Assembly (NCBI GenBank): GCA_949740385.1
Contig: CATJJD010000217.1
Location: 1-45,557, forward strand
DNA length: 45,557 nucleotides
Source of the DNA: an uncultured Lachnospiraceae bacterium
GTDB taxonomy: Bacteria; Bacillota; Clostridia; Lachnospirales; Lachnospiraceae
Direction: 5' to 3'
Shown here: positions 44,817-45,557 of the stretch, one piece after another
How positions within the stretch are numbered: position 1 is the first letter of the stretch
How the letters are laid out: the number at the start of each line of letters is the position of its first letter
The notes under the pieces: generated by a model
Seen by the model: the letters and a program-made list of their open reading frames with translations, nothing else
The model's database searches: none
Told to the model about the DNA's origin: nothing
Position numbers and translations under genes: made by a program

Positions 44817-45557
44817 ATGAAAAAACTAACGCTTATCTCTGTACTGGCCTGCGCCGCACTGTGTATCTGCGGCGTTCTGGGATTCCTATACTGGAATCTG
44901 GACAGCCGCTATCGCACCCTGGAAGTAGAGGCTTTCCAGCTGCAGGAAAATAATTCAGAGTTAAATGAAGAACTCAAAAGCAATGCCGCTCAATTGGAAG
45001 AAAAAGAAGACTACATTGAAGGCCAGAAAGATTACATCTCAGAGTTGACTGAGCAGATTCAGGATTTTGGCGATTCAGAATCTGACGCTCAGCAAGGTGA
45101 GGAAGCAGACGGCAGCTACTCTGGAAAGAACTCCAAAGAAGACCCCTATCCCACGCTCTACGCAGACAAAGACAATCTTCCCGTCCAGACAGGTCAGAAA
45201 TATGTCTACCTGACTTTTGACGACGGCCCTTCCAAACTCACTCCGAAAGTCTTGGATTTGCTGGACGAATACAACGCCCACGCAACCTTTTTCGTAGTGG
45301 GAAAAAACAATGAAGAATATGCCGAATATTTATCTGAAATTGTGGACAGAGGACATACCTTGGGCCTTCACTCTTACAGTCACAATTATAACCAGATTTA
45401 CCGTTCTGTGGATGCTTTTTTGGAAGATTATCAAGAAATATACGATTGGGTCTATGAAGAGACAGGATATTCTCCCTCTCTGTTCCGTTTCCCCGGAGGA
45501 AGCACCAATGGCTCCTCTTATGTAATAAATGGTATTATTGAGGAAATGGAGCGCAGA
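44817..45557 (+). CDS. Polysaccharide deacetylase (CE4/NodB) with N-terminal TM and coiled coil, 3'-truncated by window edge
   Basis: Not in ORF track. Manual translation MKKLTLISV...YLTFDDGPS...ATFFVVG...GLHSYSH...FRFPGGS; GGAGG RBS. Confidence 0.9.
   Translation, partial: MKKLTLISVLACAALCICGVLGFLYWNLDSRYRTLEVEAFQLQENNSELNEELKSNAAQLEEKEDYIEGQKDYISELTEQIQDFGDSESDAQQGEEADGSYSGKNSKEDPYPTLYADKDNLPVQTGQKYVYLTFDDGPSKLTPKVLDLLDEYNAHATFFVVGKNNEEYAEYLSEIVDRGHTLGLHSYSHNYNQIYRSVDAFLEDYQEIYDWVYEETGYSPSLFRFPGGSTNGSSYVINGIIEEMERR

Overview
GC-rich Firmicutes chromosomal segment, with gene content typical of gut Lachnospiraceae/Clostridiales and mostly minus-strand genes. Left to right: (1) a signalling block with two AgrC-like GHKL kinases, one intact and one collapsed LytTR regulator, an MCP and a secreted SH3 protein; (2) a hexuronate catabolism operon (eda-kdgK-uxuA-uxuB-uxaC) with a divergent AraC gene; (3) a tightly packed string polA-coaE-FtsA-like-MBL hydrolase-ACT-DUF711-IMP cyclohydrolase-AICAR transformylase; (4) aminopeptidase P, thioesterase and Na/Pi cotransporter; (5) araR-araB-araD; (6) DUF1002, S66 peptidase, PPi-PFK, L,D-transpeptidase and a heterodimeric ABC exporter; (7) tcdA-larE-ttcA and a truncated polysaccharide deacetylase. 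Three small proteins (37, 54 and 44 aa) and both edge genes are missing from the ORF track. The most notable non-coding signal is at 34192-34345. A sigma70 promoter there drives two 48-nt tandem repeats that fold into an H-type pseudoknot with a compensatory base change and resemble the CptI antitoxin RNA of type III toxin-antitoxin systems. No toxin follows: the array abuts an MBOAT gene fragment. No CRISPR array, tRNA/rRNA or intact mobile element was seen. All calls come from reading motifs by eye; no searches were run.
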